From: Selaginella moellendorffii
Taxonomy: Eukaryota; Plantae; Lycopodiophyta
Length of the DNA stretch: 64,000 nt
NCBI RefSeq assembly: GCF_000143415.4
Contig: NW_003314265.1
Coordinates: 2,745,181 to 2,809,180 of the forward strand
Reading direction: 5' to 3'
This document shows positions 11,578 through 22,564 of this stretch, one piece after another. The notes beneath the pieces are model-generated. The model had not been told where the DNA came from. It saw only the letters and a list, made by a program, of their open reading frames with translations, and ran no database searches. Numbering within the stretch: the first letter of the stretch is position 1; each line of letters opens with the position of its first letter. Both the position numbers and the translations under genes were made by a program.

Positions 11578-13090
11578 TGGCATGTGGCCTTACGCCATTC
11601 CTAGGTGAGATGATATAAATAACAAGTATAAATTCTTAGTTGTTCTAGCAAATCTTACTTAAAGTTCAAGGTGAACAAGCCGAATATGAATTCATCGGAT
11701 TGTTATAACAAATTGCGAGGTGATGGCATGAGGCGATACACCATTTGAGAGTGGTAGCCATTCCTATATGAGGTGAGTGAAATATTTATTAGAAATACCT
11801 CATTCAATTGTGCACTTCTAAGTCTTGGTCCACTTAGTACTGTTTGCATGTTTTTATTTTAATTCTTTCTCTAAAATGTTATTTAGCATGTGGCTTCATG
11901 CCATTGCTCTCCACAATCATGCATTGAATTTCTATCCTTGCATAATACTTCTCCATATATATAGCATGTGCGCACATGTGATATGGTTCATTAGGCCTGA
12001 TATAGTGTGTGAGGTAAAACAAAGATGATGTGACATATGCATTTACCAATCACACGTGCATAAATCTAATAATATGGCGTGTGGCCCATATTAATGGCAC
12101 ATAAACCCATATTATGGGCTTACGTGCTTTATGTACCATCATTCCCTTGCAGCGTGTGTGTTGGTTTCCTTTTATAACACAACGAACTCCATATTTTAGG
12201 GTGAAGAGCGTTCTCATGGCAAGCACAAAATCTGTAAGTGAGGCAGAAAAGGAGACGGAGAAGGAGATAGGTGAAGATGTAGAATATATAAGTCTTCCAA
12301 ACTCCCCGTACTATACTCCAGGTGATCATTTTTCTGAACAAACGGCAACATTAACAACTATCAAGAACGCCCCAGTAACGTCAGAGACAACAATCCAAAG
12401 CAAAACAACTGACCCGGAGAAAGATGATAGTACCGCTGAGAGTACCAAAAAGGAGGTGTCCACTAGCGCTTAGGCTTATAATGGCGTGTGCCCTCATGCC
12501 ATTTACTTGATCACCAAATACCTTTTTCCCTTTGCACTAGTATATCTTAATACCGGTCTGAGAAATAGAATGGCATGTGCCCTCAGGCCTTTTACTAAAT
12601 CACCTTTGAAAGAAATGCAAGCCTCTATGTCGTAAAAAAAAGGTACTAGAGAAATTCCTTAATAATATGAATGTTATTTAGTTTCATGAAAATACACTAA
12701 GGGTCAAATGAGTTAAATGACTTCTCCAGACTAGCAATGCCTCTTGCTACACCTTCACAATTAGATTCGTTAGAAAAAGATAACATTGAATAATATCTAA
12801 ATGTTCTCACCATTAAGTTATATGTCTGGCTAATAGGAATGACGTTCATCTTGGAAAGCTCACCACACGCTCAATGAACAAACAAATAGTGTGTGCGCGC
12901 ATGCCATCGCTCTTCTTTAGCTTCAGATTCGGCTTGTTCACCTTGACAATGAGATTTATTATACAACCAGATGGACTCAGTCTGGACATAAAGTCACCGC
13001 GCTAGTCACCATGCCCCAGATATGTCTAGCCCCTGGACAAAAAACATATAATTTCACGTCATTTTCAAATACTTGAAAATTTGTACCTTG

Positions 13091-13133
13091 TCCCATTTTA
13101 CTGAATAAATCCCACTTTAACGAAATAGAGCAT
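13091..13133. repeat. Right terminal inverted repeat of the Sola-like element
   Basis: Reverse complement ATGCTCTATTTCGTTAAAGTGGGATTTATTCAGTAAAATGGGA versus MITE end ATGCTTTATTTCGTTAAAGTGGAACCTATTCAGTAAAGTGGGA (49874 onward). Confidence 0.9.
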
Positions 13134-16100
13134 ACTATGGGTCATAAGAATTGGTATCGAAGTGAACTTATGTGAAGTTGTAGGTAGGAGGAAGTTGGTT
13201 AAGTCTTGAAAGTTTGCAATTCCTAGACTGGGAGTGATTCTTTCTCTAGGATGGAAAATTTTTCTACAAATTTTCTTAGGCTTTTCCAATGGTTGATCTG
13301 TTGATCATTTTGTCCGAAAACCATTCCGTTTTCGTAAGCTAATACAAACTAGTGAAAGGGTTGGAGTTGACTTCAGTTAACTTAGATCTTAGTAGGTAGT
13401 TTGTATGATGCAACCCGAAAGGGATGCTAACTTTTGGGGCTAAGGCAATTGAGTTGGATAGAGTCTGGAGTTGGTGTAGAAAAGTGGCCGTTACACTTTT
13501 CTAGAAAGGTGACCCTTGTGCCTTTCTTTTATAGCGTTATGCTTGGTGGCATGTTACACCTTGCATTTCGTTACACTCTATGAGAGTAGTGAGCTTTCAC
13601 TAATCTTGACTTAGTCTTGGTAGCCTTGTGCCTTGGCTGAGGATGGTGATGTTCAACTTAGTTGTTTGAGTTTGAAATGTTGGTACCCGTACTATAGCTT
13701 TGTCTATGAGGAGTTTGTGTACCGATATGAGTCCATCTCGTGGTCTTCACTTTAGTTCCGACTAAGTGTTGGTCATGTATAATTAGCCTCTTCAAGGCAT
13801 GCTCAAAACTATTGATTAGATGCATTAGTGAGCTTATTACGGTTGAGTTGGATTCGAGTAGTCATTTAGTTTGTGTTTGTCCATGAACCTTTATCTCATA
13901 CCTGGGGTATTACATTCATGTTAGATAAATATATGACTCGATGACATGAGTTTAGTGTTTGGGTCTTGTGAAAGGCAAGTTGAAAGGTGGTTATTGGTTG
14001 CTTTACAACTAGTGATTGCTTGTAGACTTCGTCATAGGACTGTTGACACTTGCTTCACTCGATGAAGATTTATCAGTGATGGGCTTGCTTTACCGGATGG
14101 TGTTGCGGAGGATCTTGTCGTTAGACTTATATGGGTTTTCCATGTTGGCATATCAATTCTACCTTTATCAATATCATTTGGTTGCATTTAGTTTGTGGTG
14201 TTAGATTTTATTGAGTCTTGGATGTGGTGATTCACTCCTTGATAAAGTGTTATCTGTGGCTGAGTATTGTTAAAGAACTAATCTCAGATACCGAGTAAGG
14301 TATTTTCGACTTTGGTTAGCTCGGTTGTTGGAGAGCTTTGAGTGGTGATTCACTCGTGCTTTCTTCTAGCTTTGTTCTAGTGTTGATGGCATTAAAGTGA
14401 TGCTTTGTTATTGACATTGTTGATGTTGAGATTTGGGTGGAAATAAAATGTCTCTCCGTAAGATTGATATTAAGTTTCATTAGTCTCGATAAAGATAGTG
14501 TTAATGATTTGGCTATAGCTTTGTGTTATTGGCATTCGTGCATTTACTAGTTAGCAACTGTATTGACATTCAAATGAACTGAGTAACAAGTTGAGTTAGT
14601 TGTGCTCTAGACGAGATTATTTAGTAGGGGTTGAGCTTTGAGCTTTTCCTTGAAAATTAATTCAATCGTGGACTATGCTAACTTTACGAGAAGAAAAGTT
14701 AGTGATTGATATTAACGTGATTGAATCCTTGTTAGATTTTAATTGGGATATATCGATCATTGATAATTCTTCTTGTGCTTGTTATGAAGTGAGTTATGTC
14801 TTGCTATAGATGGATTCATGAAGGATCGTTTAGTGATCACTTGTTGAGCATAGCTCCATTGTGCTTAGCTTTTGGATTGATGTAGACACACTCTTCATTA
14901 GCTTTAGCATTATGAAGTTTGGCTTATGGATGTGTTAGGGAGGATATTGTGGGTTATACCATGATTTCTCTTTAGCATTGAAATTAGTTTATACGAGACT
15001 CGTGATCATTGTTAAGCAAGACTTAGCTATAGGCTTCTTCGAGCTTTTGGTTCCTTGAGTTTTCATGCTTGTGAACCATTTGTTAGAAGTTGTTGGGGGA
15101 GGCATTTTGGCTCATTAGCTTCGATGTTGAAGTTTGTATTTGCATTTTAGCAATTATTGGTGATGGTTGACTATCATCTAGGGTAGTTGATTATCCTTAT
15201 CAAAGGTTTTGCTTGATTATTGTTGATATAAACTGATTTATCATTCTTTGGGATGGTGGATTCTTTCTTCAATGATGATTATGCATCACTGTATTGATGG
15301 GATGATTGATGATCTTTCATGATAGTTAGTTTTTTTATTTATGGCTTTTGGCTTTTCGCGATACCACATGTTCTTTGTGGTTTGCTTTGGATTGGTCTCT
15401 TAGGTTTGAGATATCGATATGATATTGCTGACATTTGCTTGAGCAACTCTAGTTCCTTGGTGTTGTTGACCAGGATCTATTCCGATTAACTTCTGTGATA
15501 GTTGGCATGAATGGGTGTTTATTGGTCTTCTTGCATTCATTCTGTTCTGTTAATTATTGCTCGAGTTAGTTCTGATAGGTTGGATGTTATTTCCTTCAGG
15601 TGATACATTTGCGAGCATTATGCTTGTCAGTTAATGATACTTTGTGTTCTTTGAGTTATCTTGCATAAGTTGTTTGGCATTCTGTCTACAATCTTCGATA
15701 GTTAAGTTTTCTCATTAAGTTTACTTAATGATATACTTGCTATTGAATTTTGTTGGATAGTGAATCCTATGCTTTCCAACTATAGTGATCTTGGTGGTTC
15801 CTATACTATAATCCTAGTTTATCGGATGATAACTTACTTGGAATACTTTTGTGTTCTAATATAAGATTTAATCACTGATAATTATGTCTCTAAAATATCA
15901 TTATTTATGACTTTGATATTGTCCATTTATTGATCTTTGAGTTTGGGCTAGTATAGGCAGACTGGCTTTGGCACTTCGTGTGCATGGTGAAATCTTTAGT
16001 CATGGGGTAGCTACTGTCGACTGGTCACATAACCCGCCTCTCTGTCGATGTTCCTTATTCCGTTAAAAGGGCGTGACCGTGTAAACAACTCTAACTGCCT

Positions 16101-17601
16101 GTTTACAGTAGTCTATCTAAACCTTACCAACGGGTTTGGTTTCTTTGCTTAGGAGGGTTGGGGCCTCTGGCTTCTCTCTCTATGTCCTTGCGGGCAGGGC
16201 GTATCACACTTTTGTAAGCTGGGTGACTCCTAGAGCAGCAAGGGTGGCTAACTCCGTTGGTCATTTCCTTGTCGGCGACGGCCAGAAGGTGTCTGAGCTA
16301 GTAGTGCATCCGCGTTAGACAAAGAGGTTGCTTCCTAACTCATTTAAGTTGGTGCATTTCTCACATAGTGTGAATACCGTGAACTTTTTCTAGAGTTGTT
16401 TCCTTGGCGGTATTTTAGACTCGAGTATGCATCGATGAGGACGTCGATCTTCCCTAGGGGGGGAGAGTGTCGCGAATATGACTTCGGGTATTGAAAGTTA
16501 CCTGTCGGCCAGTCCTTATGGACACTCTTACCTTACTGCCACGATGGCAGGAGGTCGGTATTGCTAGGCCTATTATCAGTCTCCACCTAAGCTAGTTGAG
16601 AAACTGATCCTCGCGTGTGCACTTGACCAGATGAGCATAAGGACGGAATTCCTACGTGCTATTTGTCAAGCATACTTGATCTGGTTAGAGAAACTCATTC
16701 ATTGACTTGCACTTGCTAGTGTTGGGACCTCAATATCGCTAGATGATAGCTTACCGTGTCTGCCAAACACCCTCGCTATTATGCCTTTTGTGTTAGTCTC
16801 ATTCCGGTCCTAAATGCTAATTATGGAAATTGTCTAGATTTGCTCATTTGGCATATTTACGGAATGTAGAGATTGTTCTGAACACAATGGTATTCGTCCC
16901 GTGTCTAAATTCACAATCTAACACCATTCCATATTTAGTAAGTTTCGAGCTTGTCCTAGAGACTAACTCCTTGTACTAAGGCTAGACTTGGGGTGAAAGC
17001 CCAAAGCGTGTGTTCCTCATGGGGGGCGGGGGGAGGGGGGTGGGGGGGGGAGGGGGGTTGTGGGGGTGTTCCAAATGTATAGTAGGGATAGGGGGTAGGT
17101 CGGGCATGGCTGACCAACCTGAGGCATAATCTAGCTCCCGCTTGCGTGCTTGTCCTTGTTCTGCGTCTGGCTTGGGCCTAAGCCCATGCTAGCTGGTGGA
17201 GTACCCATGTCCTTGCGTTAGGCCACCGGTATGCTAAAATAGCACCAAACTCCGTTTGGCTCCGTTTTGTGTACTGGTTTTGGCATTGGGATGCTGGTTG
17301 CTCCAGTACTGTTCCAAGTCGCTCCGGGCTCCTGTCCCTTCGTTCCTTGGGCTTTATGATCGAGAGTTGCTCCATGGTTCGGTTCCATCACTCCTTGGCT
17401 CCACGCTTGGGGGTTTGGCACCGTTTCTTCGTTCAGTGGCCTAAGGCTTTGAACCTCGTGTTCCACACCACATTCCTTTGGACATGTGGCATGTGACACG
17501 TGGCTCTGTCACGTGGCACAAAGAGGGTTTAGGTTCCGCTTTGTGGTGTTATCCTATGGTAAATCACCATAGGATAGAGGGTCAAAACCACGTGCGCTAC
17601 A
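13134..17601 (+). mobile_element. 3' part of a degenerate or non-autonomous LTR retrotransposon (element B), interrupted on the left by the Sola-like element
   Basis: ORF-less T-rich internal region; polypurine tract AGGGGGGGAGAG at 16456-16467 directly before an LTR that starts TGTCGCG and ends GCGCTACA. Its 3' UTR (15940-16268) is an inverted homologue of 17602-17925. Confidence 0.75.
16468..17601 (+). repeat. LTR (~1.13 kb) with an internal poly-G tract at 17021-17066
   Basis: TG...CA ends; homologous in inverted orientation to 27773-29210 and 29755-30717, and in direct orientation to 49345-49407. Confidence 0.85.
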
Positions 17602-17977
17602 GAAATGACTAACAAAGTTAGCCACCCTTGTTGCTCCGAGTACCACTCAGCTTACAAAGGAATGATACATCCCTACCCACAGAGACATAGGGAGAAGGCT
17701 AGAGGCCCAACTTCCCCTGAGCAAAAAATCAACCCCGTCAGGAAGATTTAGACAACTACTATAAACTGGCAGATTAAGTTGTTTACACAACCATGCCCTT
17801 TTTCGAAAATGAGTCATCGAGAGAGAGGTGGGGACTTGTGATCAGTCTATAATAATTATCCCCATGGTTATGGATTGGACCCATGCACCGAAGTGCCGAA
17901 GTCAGCCTACCAAAACTGACCCAAGTACTAACGAACGAGAGAAATGACACTTTGATTTATAGAAATATATTACATTA

Positions 17978-20900
17978 TTAATTTGCAAGATTTATTACAA
18001 GATTTACAAAAGCTATTTTTTTATTACTATTCTCATACTTTGTGACAAGCTCACGGGCATGTGTAAGATTCCTAAGAGGTTTCTTCGCACGACCACCACG
18101 TGTTTTATGAGACAAAAGGATGGCCTCAACCTCATACTCTGGTTCACCATCAATAACATCCGGAGATGGAAGAACATCCCTAGAGCAGCCAGGATCCTTA
18201 TGATATGGGGCTAGTAAATTGACATGAAACACATAATGAAGGCTGGACATCTCTTGTGGAACATCCAACTGATAGGATACATCACCAAGTCTTTTCAACA
18301 CCTGATAGGGTCTAACATATCTCGGCCAGAGCTTCCGAGACAAAGAACCCTTAATGTTCAAGTTTCGGGAAGATAGCCACACTTGATCTCCCACTTGATA
18401 GGATTCATTTCGACGATGCTGATCCTTATCATGTTGATACCTATCCTGAGCTTTGCCCATCGCCTCAGTAGCTCTAGACCAACCTTGGCATAGTTGCTCT
18501 ACATAAGTCTCAACAACCAAGACCAACACTTTGGACATTGGTTTTGGTACAACAATCTGTTGAGGAACCCCATGAGCAGTCCCTTGCAGCATCTCCCATG
18601 GAGAACAGCTTATAGCACTGTGAAATGTGTTGTTATAACAGATTTCTGCTGTATCCAAATGCTCAACCCAGTCACGTTAGTCCGCCGCAAAATAGTACCG
18701 CAGATAATCCTCAACTTGAGCATTCACACGTTCGGTCTACCCATCAGTTTGAGGATGATAAGCTGTATTAAACTTCAACTTGGTACCGAATAACTGGAAC
18801 AATGTGCCCCAAAACTTGAATCTCTATCTGAGATCATCTCTTTGGGAAGACCATGAACTCGCACTATTTCATGGAAAAAGAGCTTTGCTACTTGTTTCGC
18901 ATTTACTGTTCCCACAGTTGGAATGAAGTGTGCAATCTTCGATAACCGATCCACAACCACCATCAAAGTATCATAACTCTTAAACTTTGGTAAGCAAGTG
19001 ACGAAATCAAGTGTCACACTCTGAAATGGCCATGCTGGTGCTGGAATGCACTGCAACTTCCCAGCCTATTTCTCAATTTTGCGCTTATATTGCTGGTATA
19101 TAGGGCAGGAATGGACATAATCTGCTATATCACCTTCCATACCAGACCAGAAAAATCCCTTTTTCAATAAAGCCAGAGTCTTCCACTTTCCACCATGTCC
19201 CGCTGCTAGAACATCATGATTTTCCCGCAGGAACAACTGCTGTAGATCCTTAGAGGGAAGATACAATCTTTCTTGCTTATAAAATATAAGCCCATCCCAA
19301 ACTGAGAAGTGAAGCTTTACATTGGTTCGACTAGCAACTTTTGCCGCTTCACTACCAGGGTTCTGCTTCGACAACTCCACACGGTGTAAGATTGCCTTTG
19401 CCAATGGATCATTACCATATGAAGCCCGAATGCCCTTTAACCAATCCGAACTGATTGCTGATATTGCCCGGAACTGAGCCTGACGACTCAATGCATCCGG
19501 CACAATATTATCTTTACCAGGTTTATATATAATTTCAATATCATATATAGCAAGCTTCTCTTGCCAACAAGCCTGCTTTGGCATAAGCTTAGGCTGCATA
19601 GCAAAATAGCTTAGTGTGTTACTATCTATATAAACCTTGGTGTGTCCACCCAAGTAGTGTCTCCAGTGTTCCAAGGCTGACACTATAGCAAACATCTCTT
19701 TCTCATGCATTGGCCATCTTCGTTGAGTTTCATCTAATTTCTTGGAATAGAACGCAATAGGACAACCATGTCACCTTAGCGTAACACCAACTGCTTTGTC
19801 ACAATCTTGCTGCAACACGGCACCAATAGCATAGCTAGACGCATCACAATGCACTTTGAAGGGTTTATCAAGATCTGGGATCCTGAGAACAGGAACCATA
19901 GTCAAGATCTCCTTCAACCATACAAAAACACGCTGACAAGCTGGTGTCCAATGAAACGGAATACTACTCTTCGTCAACTCAGTCAACGGAAGAGCAATTC
20001 TTGCAAAATTGTGGACAAACTTGCAATAGTATCCCGCCAAACCAAGAAAGGAACAAACATTTGATACAATGGTTGGGACTTCCTAGAACTTCACTGCTTC
20101 CACCTTCTTTGGATTGACCTCAATTACGCCACCACTAACTATATGTTTGAAAAAGTTTACACGCAATTGTCCAAAAGTGCATTTACTTTCCTTAGCATAC
20201 AGTTTGTGTTCGTGCAACTTCTGAAACACCAACTCCAAGTGTTTCAAATGATCCTCCAATATTTCATTGAAGACTAGAACATCATCGATATATAGGACAA
20301 CAAATGTGTCCAAATAATCTCTGAATATTCTGTCCATCATAGTGCTAAACGTTGCCGGAGCATTGCATAACCTGAACAACATGACAAAGAATTCATAAGA
20401 TCTGTACTGAGTTTTAAAGGCTGTTTTCTCCACATCCTGATTTGCCACCCATATCTGATGATACCAAGACCACAAATCAAGTCGCGTAAAATACTTAGCC
20501 TTTAAGAGTTGGTCAAACAAGTCATCAATGCGAGGCAAAGGATAACTATTTTTGACTGTGATCTTGTTGAGTGCCCGATAGTCAATACACATCCTCATGG
20601 TTCCATCCTTTTTCATAACAAAAAGGAATGGCACTCCATAAAGCAACTTGCTTGGTAGGATATGACCTTTGTCAAAAAGCTTCGTGAGTTGCTTCTTGAG
20701 TTCAGCCATCTCCTTGATGTTCAGCCAATATAGAGCTTTCGTAGGTGGTTTAAAACCCGGAATAATCTCAATGCGATGGTCAACCTCACGGCTAGGAGGT
20801 AGCCCTACTGGCAAATCCTTCGGGAAGATATCTTGATTCTGCGCCAACAACTCCAATATCTTCTTTGGTACAGGATCAACCCCATCGCCGATTCAAACTG

Positions 20901-22564
20901 AGTCACCAATACCCTTAGCTTCCATCACTTGAACCCAAAAGATCCAACATCCCTTCTTAGCTGCTTTTTGAGCGGCCCTCGCAGTCAGGAACTTAGCATC
21001 CCAATCCTTTGAGGAACGCTTTTGCAATTGAAAAAACACATCGGGATGTCCTTCTAACATCAATATGATATGACTTTGTCCAACACCATAAATCCCTTTT
21101 ATATATTTGTTGAAGAAGTCCATACCAAACACCATCTGAAAATCTAGTATCTTCAACACTACCAAGTCCACTCTTTCTTTCCACTTGGATATTTTTATTG
21201 GAACATCACTCACAAACTTTCTGGCTATTTGCCCACCTTCCGCAAACCGGAAGTGCATAGGCGACATTTGCTCAACATTCAATCCTAACAACTTAACTAA
21301 GTCTTCGGATATCACGCTATGCGTAGCTCTCATGTCAATCATCACTCGGATTTGGTGTCCACAGACAAAGCCTACCAAATACATCAATGAATCAATGTTT
21401 GCATTAACTGCAAGAAAAGCTTGAGGAAAGCAACGAAAGTAACTCACCTCCTCTTCCTCATTGTCTGCATTGACCAACTCGTCAACCCCTTCAGCTTCGC
21501 CACCACTGTCTTCCCTCATGACATTAACCCGAGGCCTTGTCTTATGCTTGTTGGGACATTCCAAGGACCTATATCCTGACTCTCCACAGTGGAAGCAATG
21601 TCCCGCACTACCTGTTCCGTTAGGAGCAGGTTTCACAGGTTGTTGCTGCTTGTACCCATCAGGAGGAGGAACAAAGGGCCTAGGACCAGAAGAAGTTACT
21701 GGTGGTCTCCAACCACTACCACCTTTGTTAACTGTTGCTTGTGAGCCTCCAAAGCGGAACCTACCTTCCACCATTTCTGGTCACCTTATTTATTCCCAAA
21801 ATTTTATTCTTATCCGAGCTACCAGCATATGGTTGCTGATATTGTTCCATGAGCAAGTGACTAAAGGCAACTTGCTACGCTGCCTCTTTACACTCTAGAT
21901 ATGTCTTCGGCTTAAACTTCAAAATCTCATTACGAGAAAGTGAACTTAAGCCTTCCAGGAAATAACTTCGAGCATCTTCGTCACTCATATTTGCAATCAT
22001 AATGCGCTTCTGAGCAAACGCATTAACGTAATGTATGAGGTCCCCTCGCTGCTTTAACCGCTGCAGCTCCGCACAAAGTCTTAGACCAAGATCATCCGGC
22101 AAGTATTCCTTACGGATGCGAGACCGCATCTTGGTCCAGCTTTTAGTCTACCCTTTTTCAGCACACACCTGGCGCCACTAAGTTTTGGCATGATTGGTGA
22201 GAAAAAATTGCGCACACGCAACTTTCATATGATCATCTACGTCTACCGCTATGAAATAGTTTTCCATATCATAAACCCAGTCTTCCAAAACCTAATAGTC
22301 CCGCATGCCTCTGAAATTGGGTGGTTTCGAAGGCTTGAACTTTGAAACTCGTGCAACCGGGGGCAGTTGTAGAACTTCATCGTCCTCAAGACTTGAAGAG
22401 GAGTCCAATTGCTTAGGCTTAGCTGGTTTAGCTGCCTCAGCTTCTTTCTTCCTCTTCTTGTTCTCCTTCTTCAATTTGCAAATCTCTCTTTGCAAATTCT
22501 TGATCTCAACTTCCTGAGCCATACGCTGTAGTGCTGCAGCATCTGGCTCTTCCTCTTCTGACTT
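17978..22564 (-). pseudogene. Gypsy gag-pol remnant of element A (gag N-terminus at 27480-27655)
   Basis: Zn knuckle CFHCGESGYRSLEC, protease [20 protein letters not shown] and YIDDVLVF, RNaseH CDASSYAIGAVL, integrase LDFVTCLP and ISDRD, truncated chromodomain GEPEYEVEAIL; many stops and frameshifts. Confidence 0.92.

Larger units (their letters stand above)
934..12907. repeat. ~29 dispersed copies of a 22-bp palindrome, consensus ATGGCRTGWGGCCWCAYGCCAT
   Basis: Copies start at 934, 1009 (perfect palindrome), 2251, 2442, 2583, 4055, 5332, 5392, 5469, 6225, 6360, 6519, 6598, 7441, 7513, 7549, 8164, 8262, 8332, 10178, 10235, 11577, 11723, 11883, 11961, 12074, 12481, 12570 and 12886. Confidence 0.95.
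1..13133. mobile_element. Large (>13 kb) Sola-like DNA transposon; left end lies outside the window
   Basis: Contains a DDD transposase (8436-11577) and a divergent accessory gene (1-5297). The right terminus ...CCCACTTTAACGAAATAGAGCAT (ends 13133) matches the TIR of the MITE at 49874-50160, which has a 4-bp TSD. The 22-bp palindrome was found only here and in that MITE. Confidence 0.85.

Noticed and set aside
934-12907. CRISPR array or bacterial REP interpretation of the palindromes
   Set aside because: Spacing is irregular (36 bp to >1.8 kb), there are no cas genes, and the context is intron-containing eukaryotic DNA.
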